64,000 bases of DNA from Octopus bimaculoides (Eukaryota). A program made the position numbers and the translations under genes. Below the pieces are notes generated by a model, which was given only the letters and a program-made list of their open reading frames with translations, searched no databases and was not told where the DNA came from. Location: assembly GCF_001194135.2 (NCBI RefSeq), contig NC_068994.1:39487071-39551070 (forward strand), read 5' to 3'. Below are positions 37,571 through 51,084 of the stretch, one piece after another. How positions within the stretch are numbered: position 1 is the first letter of the stretch; every line of letters begins with the position of its first letter.

Positions 37571-40500
37571 GATGTATATATATTTATATATATACATATA
37601 GATACTGTATATATATTAATATGCATGTGTATATATTTATATATATACATATAGATACTGTATAAAGAAATGCTATTCAAGGAGAAACTACTTCTAGCCA
37701 CTTTTGATATGTATTCTCAGCATCACATTTTTCAGTTGCAGCTTAAGCCAGAGTTTTAGTGATAAACCAAACTGAGCATTCATAGTACATACCTATCACA
37801 TTATATTTGTTGATAAAAACTCCTTGGATATTCTCTCTCTATATATATGTATATATGTTTATACATATATGCATATGTGTGTGTGTTTCAATCATAGCAA
37901 CAGGTGTTAGTTTGTCTATGTTCTCATAATTTAGTAGTTTGGCACACAAGAAATGATGGAAACCAATAAAGGTAGAAAAGTATTAAAGACTACTTCATTC
38001 TTCTTAACAATAAATTTTATATTCAAAATTTTGCTATTTTCTTTTCAGAAATATCTAATGAATGTGACTTTGATAATTGAGTATCCCAGAGTAACCAGCA
38101 GAGTAGAGAAAGAAACGTTGTGGGGGATGTGAAAAGGAGCTGATTAGTGATACTCTATTTTAGACAGATTGTGATGGTTGTAATAGCATTAGTTGCCCTC
38201 AGAAGATATATGTTAATCAGCTGAAAGATGATAGTGGATGTCATTGAGAAGAATTGTCACATGCTATGGAAGATGGAGATGGAGTGGAGGATCAGGACCA
38301 TGTAAATTTGAGTGATGATGATGATGATGATGACGATGACGATGATGACAACAATGACAAGAATGATGCTGACAACTGTTACGAAACAGAAACAATTAAA
38401 TTTTTCCCTCACATCAATGATAAGATTTTAGTCATAGACATAAGTCATCCAATATTGATAGTTTGTTTCTTAAATCGTTAAATTGCTTTAAGAGAAAATT
38501 CTATCAGAAACAAATTGATTTTTCAGCAGAAATGTATAAACTAAGTAATAATAACTTTTTCACTACAACCTCCAAAACTCTTCAACAATCTCAATGCCAT
38601 GTTATTTTTATTTTAATTGTTTGTTTCTCAAATTACAGTTTTTGTTGATTATTCAATAATTTATATTACATAATTCTCATCTTCAACATTAATACCTACT
38701 GATTAAACAACTTTTATGAATAGATATAATTAGAGAATTCAGTATCTGTATGCTGGAGTATAATTTTGGATATTGATATGATATCATTAATTTTATATCT
38801 GTTAGTGAATACATATTTATAATGATAAGTTATGGCTGTTTGCACTTTTCCAAATGCAATTGTTGGTCATGTAACTGTCTTTGTTCATGAGACGTCATTA
38901 ATTTTAATTTATAATATTCTCTCTACTTAGATGTTATTTTGAAACAAAATCTGTTCAATTCCATTCCTTACATAAAGTCAATTCAATCTGTATGTAGTTG
39001 CTAAGCATTTATTTTACTAATTAAACAAAAAAAGAAGAAAAGGATAAGAAAAGAAAAACAGAAATAAAAAAGAAAGAAAACTATTTCATCTGTAAAATTA
39101 CATGAATTGTTGAAGCCTTTGTAGCTAAACAACATTACAGTAAGCAAACTTTCCATGGTACATTGTTCAGCTAAGTTGCCTGAGGGAAGAAACAGTAATC
39201 TATTTAGCCTAAGGCTATAAAGCAATGCTTGTAGCAATATGTGCCTATGACTTGTGGACAAGCATTCTAGTACTTTAAATAGCAAAAATATCAATGAAAA
39301 GATTTCTTTTGCAATTGAGCAACTATAGTAGAAAGCATAGTCTACATTTTGTTGATGGCTATAGCTGCAACTTGGATTTGTTTACCACATATATGCAAGC
39401 ATCTCATACATGTATTGCAAAGTGAAAAAAGAAAAAAAGTAAAAAAAGGAGCTACATTCAAATAGAATGATGTGAAAAATCAAGTAAAAAGGCTTAGTTT
39501 GCATACAGAAATTTGTGACAGAGCAATTTATATATTATATATATTTCAGACAAAATGATAGAAGGTTTAATTCACAAATGTCAAATAAGTTATGATAAGC
39601 AGCGTAGTTAAAAAAAGGCATTGTTAAATTTATTCTTTACCAAGTTGAGATGAGTTATTATATATTAATGGCACAGCAAGATTGCATTTCAGTTTTATGT
39701 ATTACTTATTCTAAATATGCTGAGAATATGCTTAGTAGTCGAGAAAACTGCATGCAATACATCTTTTTTTGTTCCATACATGTTAATTTTTGCAGTTTTA
39801 AATTACTTGCAGTTAAGCATGCAATAAAATTTAAATATAACGGCTTTATATTTATCCTGCCTATAGTAATATAGGGCTCAGTGACATTTCAATATGTTTG
39901 TTAAAATAGGAGGGTGTTGCCAGAAAATGTGAATGTGCTATGATAAAGGAGTTTGTTTATATTTATAAACAATCCTCTGAAAACATTTTAAATATTAATA
40001 TTTGGTCACATTTATAAATGATCCATTCAAAACACACTTTAATATTAATATACAAACAACTATGTTTTTAATGTTTTTTTAATCCTTAGACTTGCAGCAT
40101 AAATGCAAATTTTAATAGCATTATGGTGTGTGTGTTTGCACGAGAGAAAGCGAGAGGGAATGACTGGAAATGAGACAAAGGAAAAAGATAAAAATAGAGG
40201 AGAAAAAAAGGGAGTGAGAATGCAAGAGAGTATAAATTATCCTTGATTTTTAGGTGTTGGGCACTTTTTTACTTTCCTACAAATATTCCAGTTTAAAATA
40301 GCATTTAAAAATTGCACCCTATACACAATTTCTTCTTCAGAAATTTGCAAAATATTTTTCTAATCTGGAAATGTCTATAATATTTAAAATAGTACCTAAT
40401 CTCTATGATGCCATATTTTCAGAATATGGAGAAAGAAAGTGCACTATTGCTTCAGTAAAAAATTTATTAATTTTTAAGCAGCAGGAAAAGAATTTTGCAT

Positions 40501-40735
40501 CACTAATTGAATATTTATTTTCCTTCTTCAAGAAAATTTTCACAATAACAAGAATTCATCATCATTATCATTCATCATCATCATCATCAGCAGCAGCAGC
40601 AGCAGCAGTAAGCAGTTGAAGCAATATGTTACTATCTCCTTACCTCTTCCTCTCCTTCCTCACACAAATTGTAGACTACCCTTCATAAGCTACCCCAGTG
40701 GCAAATAAAAGACATCAATATTATTACTGATTTTA

Positions 40736-40948
40736 GGGCTGTGAGCTAGCGGAATTGTTAGCACACCTAGCAAAATGCTTGGCAGTATTTTGTCTGTATT
40801 TGCATTTAGAGTTCAAGTTCCACCAACATCAACTTTGCTCTTCATCCTTTCAGGGTCAATAAAATAAGTATCAGTTGAACACTGGGCTCAGTCTAATTGA
40901 CTTAGCCCCACCCCAAAATTTCTGGCCTTGTGCCAAAATTTGAATCCA
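40736..40948 (+). mobile_element. SINE family A, full length
   Basis: GTGAGCTAGCGGAATTGTTAGC head, GAGTTCAAGTTCC B-box, TCATCCTTTCAGGGTCAATAAAATAAGTATCAG centre and GGCCTTGTGCCAAAATTTGAA end. Confidence 0.85.
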
Positions 40949-41788
40949 ATTTATTACTATTTTAGTGTGGAAGTGTCTTTTTTGATTCTCCTTTCAAAAC
41001 ACATTTTCTTTTTACTTTGAGCATTACTAATAGAATTTTGTTAGAGTAGTTGTAAAAAGAACAATAATTGCCTATGGAGATACTGCCCTTGATTTTCAGG
41101 GATAGACAACAGGGAAAAGAGGATTTTTGCACAAACATTTAAAATTATATTTATGTACATTACATTTTCGCATTCAAAATGGCTACCACACATAATTATG
41201 CCTCATAAATAAACATATAAATGGCTAAAAATAAACACCAAGTCTAAATGCACAAGAGGAAGAAGAAAATGAACAGTATAGGAAAGAATTAATTAAAAAC
41301 ATCCTAAATACTCAAATAAGTCATTTGGAAAAATGACAACAATAACAACATCAATAGATGCAGCAATTCCTGCATCTTTCCAAATAGTGTGATCTGTTCA
41401 TATAGCAACTGTGTGAAGACAAACCTTTCATTTCAAAATAAACAGAATTTTTGAACCTATCACAGATGCAAGAAAAAAAACATGTAAATAGGAAAACTTT
41501 CTAAAATGCATTGGCATTTCTTTGCCACAGGAGATAATCTAGGAGGAGGCAAAGAGACAAGTTATATATCTCTGCTTATGAAAAGACAAAATTAAATTAC
41601 ATTTTCCTTGACAACAAGCCCTCCAGGACTATCAGGGAAAAATTATCTCACGTGTAACAGACAAAAGCTATGGTACTATTTACTATACCTTTAAAATACA
41701 AGACACAACTATAACATAGGCTGAAACTATCTAACTAGACATGCATACACAAGTGCACACAAACACACAAACATACATATGAATATAC

Positions 41789-41826
<38 letters not shown>

Positions 41827-41914
41827 NNNNNNNNNNATATATACACACACACACATATATATATATACATATATATGTATGTGTGTGTGTGCATGCGTGT
41901 ATGTGTGTGTGATA

Positions 41915-42145
41915 TGGTTTGTGGCCTAGTGGTTAGGCTGTCACACTCGTGAATACTAGATCACAAGTTCGATTCCTAGACCAGGTGGTGCATTGTGTTC
42001 TTGAGGAAACACTTCATTTCACATTGTTTCAGGTCCCCTTTTGATCAGTGGGAAATGATTGTTTGCCTGCCTAAAATGATGCAAAGTACATTGTGATCAG
42101 TGATGTGTAACAACATCTGATTGTCTGGTTGATCACATGATCGTG
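41915..42145 (+). mobile_element. tRNA-derived SINE, a distinct family with clear Pol III boxes
   Basis: A-box TGGCCTAGTGG (41922-41932), B-box GTTCGATTCC (41967-41976), then a CORE-like TGTGTTCTTGAGGAAACACTTCATTTCAC. Confidence 0.7.
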
Positions 42146-42244
42146 TGATATATTCTAATATATATATATACATACATATATATATATATATANNNNNNNN
42201 NNTATATGTATATATAAATATATGTATATATCATACACAAACAT

Positions 42245-42480
42245 ATATCATTATCATTAACATTATTTTCATGTTTGCTATTCTGTGCTTACATGGGCCA
42301 GATGAAATTTGTTGAAGCAGATGCCTTTCCTGTCAATAACCCTCAATTGTTTCCAAGCAAGTTAATATCCTAGTGACCAGATTTATTTTTCACAGAAGAG
42401 TGAAAAGTGGACAATATTTGCATGGTTGTTACACATGTTCACGACCATCACATGATTCAAGTCAGGGGAATGGTCATACA
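42245..42480 (-). mobile_element. Retroelement 3' tail (RTE-tail-like), degenerate
   Basis: (CAT)-type tail, then CATGTTTGCTATTCTGTGCTTACATGGG...GCAGATGCCTTTCCTGTC, similar to the RTE tails elsewhere in the window. Confidence 0.5.
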
Positions 42481-42624
42481 AATACATGCACACACACACA
42501 CACACACACACACACGCGCACACACGCACACACGCACACACGCACACGCACACATCCATCTATATAGATAAGCATATGAAAGAAGCATATACCCACACAT
42601 ACATATATATGTGTCTGTTCATGC

Positions 42625-42760
42625 ATATATGCTTCTTCTGGTTTCTATCTACCAAAATCTACTTACAAGGCTTTCAATGGCCTAGGGTTTTTGCAAAAGA
42701 CACTTACCAAGGGTACTACACCCAAATTCCCTACCACACAGCAATGCCTATGTATAAGAA
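42625..42760 (-). mobile_element. SINE family B head
   Basis: TTTCTATCTACCAAAATCTACTTACAAGGCTTT...AAGACACTTACCAAGGGTAC. Confidence 0.6.
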
Positions 42761-42908
42761 CCGCTTTCGTTCAATATATATATATATTTATATACCTATA
42801 TGCGTGTGTTTGTGTTTGTGTATGTATGATATATATATACATACACACACACACATATATATATATATATAATAATAATAATATTAATAATAATAATAAT
42901 AATAATAT

Positions 42909-43151
42909 TAGGGATAAAAATCCAAATTTACAGGTAAAAACTCAGTTAAATTCAATTTATTAAAAATAAAAATTAAATTAAGTTTCACAATATAAAATAT
43001 ATATATAGTTTTAGGGAAAAGAACCAAGGTTCATGAACTCATCGATGAAAATCCAGTCACATATAGAAAAATTAATGAGTAAAACCACAATAAATAAGTG
43101 TAATATAATACAAAGTAAATATCATAAGATAATGATAATAAAATAATGATG

Positions 43152-43201
<50 letters not shown>

Positions 43202-43325
43202 CCTTATCTTATGATATTTACTTTGTATTACACTATACTTAATTTTTGTGCTTTTACTTATTAATTTTTCTATATGTGACTGAATTTTCATCGATGATTT
43301 CATGAACCTTGGTTTTTTTCCCTAA

Positions 43326-43328
<3 letters not shown>
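42909..43328. mobile_element. Fold-back element: ~125-bp inverted arms around a (TAA)n spacer, bounded by (TA)n
   Basis: 43008-43132 against the reverse complement of 43204-43328 gives about 10 mismatches by eye. A unique leader lies at 42909-43000. Confidence 0.75.
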
Positions 43329-43367
<39 letters not shown>

Positions 43368-43608
43368 AACATTACTACTTATAAGAGATAACAATATTAG
43401 TGGCCACAAGCTTAAAACTGATAGGCAAAATTAATAATATATATAAAAAATGTATATAACATGAAGGCACTAAAAGCACCAGCTTACTGAAATATAGGAG
43501 TCATAAACACCCTGAAGCCACACGAATTGACACTAAATTTTACAGGCAGGGTTGAAAAAAAAACTAAGTGAATAAGGATTGTGTCATACCTCTACAAATA
43601 TGCAAGAA

Positions 43609-43670
43609 GGAATGCCAGTTAACCTGCTATTATGATTTCGTAATCATGATACCAGGTTAACAGGCATTCC
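43609..43670. other. Isolated 62-nt near-perfect hairpin
   Basis: 29-position stem with 2 mismatches and 1 G-T wobble, and a 4-nt loop TCGT. Confidence 0.8.
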
Positions 43671-43700
43671 ATAGTGCCCTCATGTTATCTATATTTCATT

Positions 43701-43732
<32 letters not shown>

Positions 43733-43795
43733 TACATACATATATATGCATATATGTATATATAATATACATATATATGTGCATATATATATAAT

Positions 43796-43872
<77 letters not shown>

Positions 43873-44059
43873 TATGTGTATGTATGTATGTATGTGTATG
43901 TATATATATGTGTGTATGCACTCACATACACACACACATGTACACACACACAAATATGCATATATCTGCATATGTTACAATTCACTATTTGAATAGCATG
44001 AACCTGCTAGAAAAATGCAGCAGAAGTAAGCTTTGAATGAATGGTGGAGCATGGATAGT

Positions 44060-44220
44060 ATCAGCTTATGCAAGTAGTAAAGGTTCTACAGGGCTATGGA
44101 CATTTGATGTGAATAAAAGATAAATGCTGGATGAAAGTGAGTTGTATGTTGAGAAGAAGAATCTCATAACAGCAGAAGATTGCAAAAAAGACCTTAGATC
44201 AGATATCAGCATGTTAAGCA
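44060..44220 (+). mobile_element. Very old RTE-type 3' fragment
   Basis: GYGHLM*IKDKCWMK...KKTLDQ resembles WYGHVMRMDEDxCVKK...KTW. Confidence 0.35.
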
Positions 44221-44332
44221 AACTTCTTAACTATTCAACCATGCTGCATCCATACACCTTAGATAACCAAGTCTTATATATCACATAATCTTGTCTTACA
44301 TATAATATTTCTGAAAAACAGATAACATGGTG

Positions 44333-44475
44333 AAGACATGGCAGTGTGGTTAAGATGTTCAATGTGCAAATTTTGCTTCATATTCAGTCCTGCTGTGCAG
44401 CACCCTTGGCAAGTGTTTTCTACTATGGCTGACTGATGCCTTCTGAGGAAATCTAGTAGATGGAAACTGTATGCA
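44333..44475 (+). mobile_element. SINE family B head
   Basis: CATGGCAGTGTGGTTAAG...TTCAGTCC...CACCCTTGGCAAGTGTTTTCTACTATGG. Confidence 0.65.
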
Positions 44476-44477
44476 CG

Positions 44478-45053
<576 letters not shown>

Positions 45054-46037
45054 ATATGCATACACACCCACATATAGATAGATATGTGTGTGTACCTGTG
45101 TGTGTATACATATATATGTGTACCTTTAGGATTTGTGCTTTTCACCTGCCCACCCACAAAGCAGGACAACCAGTGTTAGCTTGCTTGCATCACTGTAACA
45201 TAGTAGTTAGGCAAAAAGCAAAAGTAAAAAAAGGGACTAATTGGTGAAATAAAATTAAGAGATGCTTTGTTCCATGCAGAAATTGCAGGAGCTGCTCAGT
45301 GATTTTGCAACCTCTTCCAAATCCATTGCAATGTTGAATAAGCATCAGACATTAAAATAATACTGACGTAGATCTACTTGACTAAAAATACTCTTCATGG
45401 CAGTGCCTCAACATAGCCACAATCCAATGATTGAAAATAATAAAGGATAAAAGGTGGCCATAAGCTAAATGCATTTTGTCATATGGCTGATCAGGAAAGA
45501 CCAAGGGCTAAGTAACAGTATGTTACTTGCTAACAGTTTAGTGAACAAATATTACAATAAGTTCAATAAATAAGCATTTATGTGTTGTGCAACCTGCTGA
45601 GATTGATTTCACTCTTGATTCCTCATATATTGATAAAATCAAAATATTACAAAGTATCTGAATTTCCGATAGTGACTATATCTCAACTATACACAAATGA
45701 AATCAGGGTTCTACCTATGTGCTCTATACCATTTTCAAAAACACAAAAAAAATAGAATGTATTTACTTTTAAGTAGATATATGAATATCACTTGTGGTGA
45801 CAATGGATTTACTTAAATACTATATCGGTGTACGATTGTCATGATGGATATTAAAAGAAGCAGAATCTCACACACTACAGGTTGTAATTCTTTAAGTGCA
45901 TTAATATTGTTCTTAAAATCCTATTCCTTTTCAGCAGATCAGTAACTCAGCTAAAATGCTTAAGGTCAACATTTTTGCCCTGCAGCAAATTCATTACTTA
46001 CTGTTGATAGTTCATTNNNNNNNNNNNNNNNNNNNNN

Positions 46038-46075
<38 letters not shown>

Positions 46076-46439
46076 AAAAATAAACATATGAGGATATAGA
46101 TAAGTAAGTAAATAAATAAATCTTTTAGGAACTAGCATTTTACTTTTCACCATTAACCTTTAACTCAATCTTGCTATTTTTTTTCTTCAATACAAGTGAA
46201 ACCAAATTGCCTATGGGCAATTTTAAAGAGATTGTAGAAGATTCACCAAAATGATACTCAGAATTATAGCTCCATACAAAATATAAATTTATGCAAACAC
46301 ATGACAAGATTTCATTTGCTTCTACATTTTCGTCTTCTATAGAAGCAAACCAATTGGGCAAGATATGCCATTTGCTGTTATTGAATTGAAGTTCACAATG
46401 TAGAACATGTCTATAAAAATATAATAACTGAATAGTTTA

Positions 46440-46615
46440 CAGAAGTATGGTATTGTGGTTAAGAAGTTTACTATGCAACCACGTGATTCTGGGTTTGATT
46501 CTATCACACTATGCAGCACCTTTGGAAAGTGCCTAATATAATTTCCTTGGGTCACCAGAAAATAAAAGCCACCTTAGAAGGATTCAGTAGAATGAAAATG
46601 TAAACAAGAACCTGA
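46440..46615 (+). mobile_element. SINE family B head
   Basis: GTGGTTAAGAAGTTTACTATGCAACCACGTGATTCTGGGTTTGATTC...GCACCTTTGGAAAGTG. Confidence 0.65.
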
Positions 46616-46660
46616 CATGCTCATATAAATACACGCACACGCACACACATATCCATATAC

Positions 46661-46910
46661 ATAGTATGCAGTGCTAAGGTAGAATCAGACATCAAAGATG
46701 AGCCTATAAAATATATATTGGGGCAACTGATCGGACATACAAAAAAAGATTTTATAAGCACAAATATTCATTTCTCAGCCCTGATTAAACAAAATACACA
46801 ATAGTTTTGTTGACATTTATATTGTTCTTGTGAGTGACAAATCCACAAAAATCAGAATTAACTGGTCAATTGTAGATAAGGCATAACCGTGCAGGAACAG
46901 GAACTTCAAA
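46661..46910 (+). mobile_element. Penelope-like element GIY-YIG endonuclease remnant
   Basis: IVCSAKVES, then (frameshift) KIYIGATDRTYKKRFYKHKYSF, then (frameshift) KIRINWSIVDKA*P. These match the Penelope endonuclease pattern VY.A.V / YIG.T...FK.R...H..SF / I.W.I+..A.PY. Confidence 0.7.
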
Positions 46911-47119
46911 TCAAAAATGCCATGTGGCATTCATTTATGTAAAAGATTAAAAACTTTGTTTGAAGGCAATAACAGTTTGAATAAAAGAATAGAATTGTTA
47001 GCACCTTGTATACATGAAGTTAAGTATCTTTTGTGTAAACATCAGCCTTCTTGAACTTTTCCTTGGCTTGGAGAGTAAAAGTGAGGATTTCAAAGTCTTT
47101 TCCAAAGTAAAAACAAAGT

Positions 47120-47945
47120 AATATGCTCACACTCAGATTAGGTTTGTACAGTAGTAAATCAGCTGAAGGGCAAGAAGGCAGCCAGTGTTTGTAGTATCCA
47201 TGGGGAAAATAAACAGGGCTTGATGCAGTCTTGTTCTTGTGGCAGATCATCAGCTCAGTCTGAAGCAGTAGCATAATACAACCTGACTTGAAGAGGGACA
47301 TAATTTTCCCACTTTAGAAAGGTAATGGTCACTGCTATGACTGCAACAATTATAGGGCTCTTACACTTCTCTCAGAACCCAGTAAGGTTTTTGCCAGGGT
47401 CATCCTGAACAGAGTTCAAAATCATTTGTTTGCCTCTCAGCACCCAGAGCAATCAGGTTCATGCCAAAGTAATCAACTACTGACAGGATCTTGGCTTGAA
47501 TGCAAGCTGAGCTTTTGGCAGGGACTTCTTACAGCCTATGTCAAACTCTGCAACACATCTGGAGGATTCTGGGGCTGCAAGATATACCTCCTCAATTGAT
47601 TGGGCTGATCATGACCTTGTACACTGGAGCAGTCAGTGCAGTTTGGATTGGGGGCTCAGTATCTGATTTTTTCCTAGTTAGATCAGGGATCCATCAGGGT
47701 TATGTCTTAGTTCCCACTCTGTTCAATGCCGGCATAGATTGGATACTTGGCAGGATGGTGGCTTGGTCAACTTGCAATGTACTCATTGCTGAAAATAGAA
47801 TTACAGACCTAAGTTTTGTTCTTGTTGAGTCTCTGGATGTCTTAAGGAATGCTCTCCTTTCACTAAGTGAGGAAGTGGAACCACTTGGTCTTAGAGTGTA
47901 TTGGGTCAAGACAAAATTCCTGTCCTTCATTGGCTATTCATGGAA
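47120..47945 (+). pseudogene. RTE-clade reverse transcriptase fragment, inactive
   Basis: QLKGKKAA..., PL*KGNGHCYDCNNYRALTLLSEPSKVFARVILNRV, HPEQSG, and ORF 47500-47949 (LYTG..SAV..GG..SDFF.V.SG..QG..L.PTLFN...DW.LGR...PLGLRV.W.KTK). The catalytic FADD motif is deleted. Confidence 0.9.
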
Positions 47946-50900
47946 CTGACAAGATTGCTAGACTGTAATGAAACCTGTACTACCATTTACCATCAACAGC
48001 TAATGACATGGTAGAATATTTTCATCATAAACAACCTCTTGAGATGTTACACAGTATACCCAAGTATATCACCATTAACATACATGGTTAATAGGAGATT
48101 ATTAGAATCAGCATTCTGAAGCCAGCACATTTGAAGACTGATCAATAAACAGTGTCTCAAACAACCACAACTTCCCAGGCTCATTCCTGTACTAATCTAC
48201 CATAAGTATAACTAAGGTATAAGATCAGCTAACCCCCGCTATCCCATTTTATTCCCCAGTTGCCCAAGAAGACTAGAGCTACACATGTCAACTAGCCATA
48301 TACTCTATTTGCCTTGAGAAAGTTTTGTACTGGCATTCAGTTTTGACAAGCTGGTCGCTAAAATCGAACCTTACCAACTGTTCATATTGATGTAATCTAG
48401 AAAAGGGCTAATGTAATGGCTCTTTCATATTATGTGTTATGTTTTAGTGTTTTCACCACTTTTATTGGGACCAGTCACAAAATAATATTCTATCAGCCAT
48501 TTTATCTATATAAGATGAACTCTAATTGTCTCTTTCTTAAATATCCATAATAAAAGCAGTACCAAGAAGAGAGTCAGTCACTGTTCATTCACATATTCAG
48601 TTGTCTTAAATAACAAGACACATTCAGCTGAATTAAAAAATTAATCCATTGCAAGGTCTATTCTACAAGATTTTGCAACACATATTTTACTTGTATATTC
48701 CATAGCAACATTTTTTTCCCCATTTGCACTACATGTTTACCCAAAGAGGAGCTTTTAATTCATAAACATGTGTTTAATACTGTTTTCTATATAACACATG
48801 CATCATACCATAAATAAATCTATTTACACAACATGAATTATTCAAGTGACTTGTAAACATACGATCATATACATAATATTTTTTTGCTATAGATTTATAT
48901 AAACCCTTCTTTTATTAATACTGTACACTGAAACTTGTCAATTACTGATGCATGCATTACTATCCAAACACATGTGCTATTTTTCACTGTATGCATTGTT
49001 GTTCATTTTCAAATATGTATTTCACTATCTTTGTAAGGACATATGATATTTGACTACTTCAAATTCTAGTGCCACTTAGATCAGAAAAAAATAATACTTG
49101 GAAAATAAAAGAAAATTTATATAAGTTACTTAATTGGTACTATTCTCTGCTTATCCTGTGTTTTTCACATGTGCATGCATAAACACACACACATACATAC
49201 ACACTAACACAGTCGTACACATATGCAGACACATACATTGCTTGCCAAAATCATATAATTATCCCTAAAATAGGTTCCATAAGGAAATATTGATCATTAT
49301 TGTAAGCAACTAACTTACTGTGTAATTCGCAAGTGTTTCGTTAGCCTTCAATGCTAAGTTCAAAACTTCCCATAAGCAAAACCTAGGTTACAAACATCAA
49401 ACTCGCATTTACATAGAAGCAAAGATTTTAGTAGAATTCTAACAGAAGCTGATGAAGGGATATGGGAAGCAATTAAAGACATTTAGGCTTTAAGTGGGAA
49501 GCTAAAATGCTATGTAAGTGGCAGATTGTCTGAGATTTCCAATAGTGCTTAGACGAAAAGATGAAAGCATTAAGAAGAATATTAATGCATTAGTATGGGA
49601 TTAAATAATATGTAGCAAGCAAGTTACAGGGAAAAATGGTTCTGAAAGTAATTTCTAGTGGAGTGATTTTGTACATAATATATTACTGTTGAAAATCAGA
49701 TGTACAAATGTATTAGCATTAGTTTTGAAAGAGAAATTGTGATAAAAAAAACAACTAAGATTAAACATCAATAAATTGTAGTGGGGCAGACTTCACTTTC
49801 CCTTTCTCTGTAAAAGACAGATTTTCTCATTATTGTGGTAGTTACTTACTGCAAGGCAGACGGGATTATTGAAAGTTAAGTACTCTTCTCATAGATGTTG
49901 TGCACTGCCAGTGACAAGATACAACTATGGACACTTCAGATTGTAGGCCAACAACCATTTCAGCTCATTAAGCTACACAAATAAATTGGTAGGTATCTAT
50001 GCATACTGGTATATTTTTCATACTGGCTTTTATGCATCTACAATAATGTGTGAATCATTCTATCATCTGACATAAAAAAAAAAAGAAAACTGAAATGTAA
50101 AAATCGAGTAATGCAACTATCTCACATAAGATATTAAAGCCTTAGAATATTAGCTAAATATAAAGCAAATGTTTAATATACAGATTTTACATCTTAGTAA
50201 CAAACATATGTACAGCACAGCTAAACTACTTCTTGATGGAAGCTTGTAAGTGGCTGTTCAAATTGCTAGAAAATACAAACAACTTCCCTCAAATTATATC
50301 TATTTTGAACAAAGCTGTACACAGTGGATAATGTCATCCTTGATACTCTGTACCTTAAAATTATATGACCATAGTAAAAATACCATTGATCAGTGACCAG
50401 CTGAATTAGTGCAGATTTGTAGCCAAGTAGTTAGAAGGATACACCAATTAATAGAGTTAGTGATGATATAAAGAAAAGTGAGGCTAAGTTATTGCTAAGA
50501 GGATTTTAATCATAAGTCTGCATATTCAGGAACAGCATGAGAGTAAAGAAAAATTGATTCTTGCTTTCTGAAAGAAGCCTGATATGAACAGTTGGAAAAT
50601 GTACCAATGGAAAACCGGCACAAGAGAGCATTTCCATAACCCTCACCTACAAGAAAATCAGTAATAACAAATAAGCCTATTTCATTCAGAAAATAGAACT
50701 GAGGAGTTTCTGAAAAGACATTAATAGACCTAACAAGTTTCTTACTCTCAATAAAATATGAAAGATTAAGTATTAATAAGAATATATTAAAAATATTTAT
50801 TAAAGGTTAAAATGAGGAATTAGTTTAGTCCTATTTTCAATGATAAAAATAGAAATACTTAAATATAAATATAGACTGATATATTCACACATTTGCACAT

Positions 50901-51084
50901 ATATGTGTGGTGTATGCACACACACACACACAAATATATATGTATGTATGCATATATATACACACATATCAATAAAAATATACCTGAAACAACTATAGTG
51001 AACTACAATTTATCTAAGTACATACACACAAATATCATCATCATCATCGTCGTCGTCATCCTCCTCCTCCTCCTCCTCATCATC

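Noticed and set aside
41915-41985. tRNA gene (A and B boxes present)
   Set aside because: There is no complete cloverleaf, and the sequence continues into a SINE body. The same applies to all other SINE heads.
43450-43525. KCI*HEGTKSTSLLKYRSHKHPE as a BED zinc-finger remnant of a hAT transposon
   Set aside because: It is too short, has an in-frame stop, and no adjacent transposase motifs were found.
46661-47945. GIY-YIG plus RT as one novel chimeric element
   Set aside because: Penelope has RT before the endonuclease, and this RT is RTE-clade, which uses an APE endonuclease. They are more simply two adjacent decayed insertions.
49336-49365. Stem-loop followed by GAAAC on the minus strand, hammerhead-like
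   Set aside because: There is no CUGANGA upstream, and the sequence resembles a decayed family A SINE head.
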